Below are positions 39,008-41,462 of a DNA stretch of 41,462 nucleotides, in pieces. The position numbers and the translations under genes are program-made. Below the pieces are notes generated by a model that saw nothing but the letters and a program-made list of their open reading frames with translations, was not told the DNA's origin and did not search any database. The stretch covers positions 1-41,462 of the forward strand of contig MHMF01000036.1 of the NCBI GenBank assembly GCA_001821475.1. The letters are read 5' to 3'. Numbering within the stretch: the first letter of the stretch is position 1; every line of letters starts with the position of its first letter. Origin of the DNA: Candidatus Nealsonbacteria bacterium RIFCSPLOWO2_01_FULL_38_120 (GTDB taxonomy: Bacteria > Patescibacteriota > Minisyncoccia > Minisyncoccales > GWA2-38-27).

Positions 39008-39532
39008 ATGAGAGTAGCAATTTACGCAAGGGTCTCAACAGCAGACCAGACCAATGAGAACCAGCTTATTGAGTTAAGGAAGTTCTGCCAAAATAATAAC
39101 TACGAGATAACGGCAGAATACTCGGATACTATTTCGGGGACAAAGAGTTCTCGTCCAGAGTTAGACAAAATGCTAATGGCGATGAGGAACAAAGAATTTG
39201 AAGCAGTAGTTTGTTGGAAATTTGACAGAATTGGCAGAAGCACATTTCACTTGCTCCAAGTGTTGGAAGAAATGAAGAACAAGGGAATTCGGTTGATAGC
39301 AACTTCCCAAAATATAGATACTGAGACATCGCAGGGCAAGTTCTTTTTTACAATCCTTGCAGGGTTCGCTGAAATGGAAAGAGAGATGATTGTTGAGAGA
39401 ATAAATCTTGGATTGCAAAGAGCAAGGAAAGAAGGCAAGACACTTGGCAGACCAGTGGGAGCAGGGGACAAAGGTCGGAGAGTTAGAAGTGGATATTTTC
39501 TACGCTGGGCTAACGAGAAAGTAATGGTTTAA
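39008..39532 (+). CDS. Small serine recombinase (resolvase/invertase family)
   Basis: AIYARVSTADQ, SGTKSSRPEL, KFDRIGRS, AEMEREMIVER and GKTLGRP. Confidence 0.93.
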   Translation: MRVAIYARVSTADQTNENQLIELRKFCQNNNYEITAEYSDTISGTKSSRPELDKMLMAMRNKEFEAVVCWKFDRIGRSTFHLLQVLEEMKNKGIRLIATSQNIDTETSQGKFFFTILAGFAEMEREMIVERINLGLQRARKEGKTLGRPVGAGDKGRRVRSGYFLRWANEKVMV

Positions 39533-39538
39533 TAAAAT

Positions 39539-41239
39539 ATGAAAACTGAAAAAATAGCGTTATATTGCCGAGTTAGCACAGAAAAACAGGAAAAGGAAGA
39601 AACGATAAAAGACCAGTTGTATATTTTGAATGCGATATACAAAGGAAAAAATGTTGTCGCTCAATACTTGGACGATGGATACAGGGGCGGAAGTATGGAA
39701 AGACCAGCAATGGTTAAATTAAAAGAAGACGCAAAAGCAGGGAAGTTTAATGTATTGGCCATAAGTGATTTAGATCGCTTTACAAGAGGAGGAGTTTCTC
39801 ACCTTGAGCCGGCTTTTAAAAACCTTATTTCTCTTGGAATAAAAATTGAAGTAAGGGGAATGCCAATTGATTATACCTCGCCAGAGGGAATAATGAGTGC
39901 CGATGTATTATCATCAGTAGGTAAATACGGGAAGAATAAAGCAGTTCAGATTATGGTAAATGGAAAATGGGCGAGAGCAGATAGGGGCATTTTGATTGGT
40001 TGTTATCCGAGCTGGGGATATAAGTTGATAAGAAAACATTGGGAGGGCAATATTCTAAAAGAAGCATATTTTGAAAAAGATTTGGCAGAAGATTGGAAAA
40101 TAAAAAAGATATTTGAAACATACCTCAAAGAACAGAGTTTGCATAAAACAAGCAGGGAACTTTATAAAATGGGGATTTACGCGAGGGGAAAGAAAGGCGA
40201 AGAGGGAAAATATAAAAACTATATTTTACCAAGCACTATCAGGCAAATTTTGATAAACGAAAGTTATATTGGAAAATTCTATTTTGGAAAAAAGATATAC
40301 GGACAAGCTACAAAGTTTGTAAAGAAATACAGCAAGACAAGAGAAAGGGGAGGGAATACCGGCTGGAAGTGGAGATCGCGGGATAAATGGAAATTGATAA
40401 AAATTCCTCCAATAATAAATAAAGAAACATTCAATTCCGTTCAGAATATTCTAAAAAAAAGAGCTGAAAATTTCTTGAGAAAAGCAAAATATAATTATCT
40501 CTGCCAAAATTTAATTAGATGTATTCATTGTGGTAGGGCATACAGGGCGAAGCCAAATGGGAAGTTTTATTCAAGGAAAGACGGAGTGGAAACTTTATCT
40601 TATTCTTATTTTTGCTATTCAAACGAAGGAATTGAAAAGAAATGTCCCTCTTGCAGAGTAAATGGCAGATTTTTTGACGAGATTGTTTGGGACACAATTA
40701 GGTCGTATGTTTCAAATCCGGAAGAAGTAAAAATAGCAATAACCGAATCAGAAAATAGAAAAATAGAAGAAAAAGATACTACTCAAAAAGACCTTAATTT
40801 GTTGCTATTAGAGAAAGCTAAAAATGCAAAAGAGAAATATAGAATAATAGATTGTATTGGGAGGGGGATTATCAACGAAGGAGACGCGAGGGAAAATTTA
40901 TCCATATTAAACGAAAAAGAAGAGAAAATAAACAATAAAGAGGAAGAATTATCCCAGAAAATAAAAAAGATTAAAGAAATCAAAATTATTGAAAAGGAAA
41001 TTGAAAAAAGCTGTAAGATTTATAGCAATATAATAAATTCAAAAGAGGAGTTGCCATTTGATATAAAGAAATGGATAGTAAGAACTTGGGTAAGCGAGAT
41101 AAATATAAAAGACGATGGAAATGCTATAATAAAGGTCAAGATACCCGAGATATTGGGAAAACCAGTAAATATAGAGAATATTTCTAACTCAATTATGGGA
41201 CAAATTGTGTGCTTTAATGAAATTAAACATAATGCTTAA
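39539..41239 (+). CDS. Large serine recombinase (integrase)
   Basis: YCRVSTEKQ, DLDRFTR, recombinase domain (WGY...NESYIG), Zn ribbon CIHCG..YFC..CPS and coiled coil. Confidence 0.93.
   Translation: MKTEKIALYCRVSTEKQEKEETIKDQLYILNAIYKGKNVVAQYLDDGYRGGSMERPAMVKLKEDAKAGKFNVLAISDLDRFTRGGVSHLEPAFKNLISLGIKIEVRGMPIDYTSPEGIMSADVLSSVGKYGKNKAVQIMVNGKWARADRGILIGCYPSWGYKLIRKHWEGNILKEAYFEKDLAEDWKIKKIFETYLKEQSLHKTSRELYKMGIYARGKKGEEGKYKNYILPSTIRQILINESYIGKFYFGKKIYGQATKFVKKYSKTRERGGNTGWKWRSRDKWKLIKIPPIINKETFNSVQNILKKRAENFLRKAKYNYLCQNLIRCIHCGRAYRAKPNGKFYSRKDGVETLSYSYFCYSNEGIEKKCPSCRVNGRFFDEIVWDTIRSYVSNPEEVKIAITESENRKIEEKDTTQKDLNLLLLEKAKNAKEKYRIIDCIGRGIINEGDARENLSILNEKEEKINNKEEELSQKIKKIKEIKIIEKEIEKSCKIYSNIINSKEELPFDIKKWIVRTWVSEINIKDDGNAIIKVKIPEILGKPVNIENISNSIMGQIVCFNEIKHNA
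41199..41230 (+). other. attR of the integrated element
   Basis: The P arm GACAAATTGTGTGCTTTAAT, then GA, then AATTAAACAT. The last codons EIKHNA* fit as the original ychF end. Confidence 0.8.
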
Positions 41240-41255
41240 TTTTGCGATATTACTC

Positions 41256-41301
41256 AACCGATGACGAAATTCCCACGATTGTAGGAATTTCGTCATCGGT
41301 T
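41256..41301. repeat. 18-bp-arm hairpin just outside attR
   Basis: AACCGATGACGAAATTCC / GGAATTTCGTCATCGGTT; the loop region resembles the CCACGATCGTGG core. Confidence 0.8.
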
Positions 41302-41308
41302 TGCGAAT

Positions 41309-41462
41309 ATGAATCAAATTCAAAACGGAGACAAGGAAAAAATAAATTTTATTCCAAAAAAGTTTTTATTCATTTCTTTGGAAAATTTAAGTGGAGACCT
41401 TGCCTGGAAAATGAAAAACGAAGGGCACGAGGTTAAAATTTATATCAATCCGGAGACAGAAT
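41309..41462 (+). CDS. 5' end of a PurD-like (phosphoribosylamine-glycine ligase-like) protein, partial
   Basis: MNQIQNGDKEKINFIPKKFLFISLENLSGDLAWKMKNEGHEVKIYI; open to the window edge. The family call rests on the N-terminal pattern only. Confidence 0.45.
   Translation, partial: MNQIQNGDKEKINFIPKKFLFISLENLSGDLAWKMKNEGHEVKIYINPETE

Larger units (their letters stand above)
28013..41220 (+). mobile_element. ~13.2 kb serine-integrase element (phage satellite or reduced prophage) inserted in the 3' end of ychF
   Basis: Bounded by att half-sites. It encodes a Zn-finger protein, SF3 helicase, TerS, virion-like proteins, a resolvase and a large serine recombinase. Confidence 0.85.

Noticed and set aside
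28013..41220. Complete autonomous prophage
   Set aside because: No recognisable major capsid, portal, large terminase or lysis genes within the att boundaries.
41242..41436. 64-aa ORF after the integrase
   Set aside because: It starts at TTG, runs through a palindrome, and overlaps the better ATG-started frame at 41309.

Overview
AT-rich bacterial chromosome segment, almost all genes on the + strand. It is probably from a Patescibacteria/CPR (Parcubacteria-like) genome. That is inferred from the gene set, tRNAs without encoded CCA, scarce Shine-Dalgarno sites and abundant nested palindromic repeats. 1-2.2 kb is accessory: a DGR-type variable (C-type lectin-like) target gene with a frameshift inside its variable region, then decayed GIY-YIG, toxin-antitoxin and HEPN fragments. 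2.7-28 kb is housekeeping: rnhA, rnpB, murJ, lepA, ftsB-like, tRNAs, frameshifted prfB, ftsEX, the atp operon, rarA, a UvrD-nuclease fusion and ychF. It is interleaved with modular MITE/REP-like elements, and one tRNA-Thr sits nested inside a split tRNA. 28.0-41.2 kb is a ~13.2 kb integrated element with a Zn-finger protein, SF3 helicase, iteron origin, small terminase, two large virion/ejection-like proteins, a miniature tail-fibre-like gene, a resolvase and a large serine integrase. No capsid, portal or large terminase is recognisable. Its att crossover lies in frame inside both ychF and its own integrase gene, so integration swaps the C-termini of the two proteins. All calls come from reading the sequence by eye; no database searches were run.
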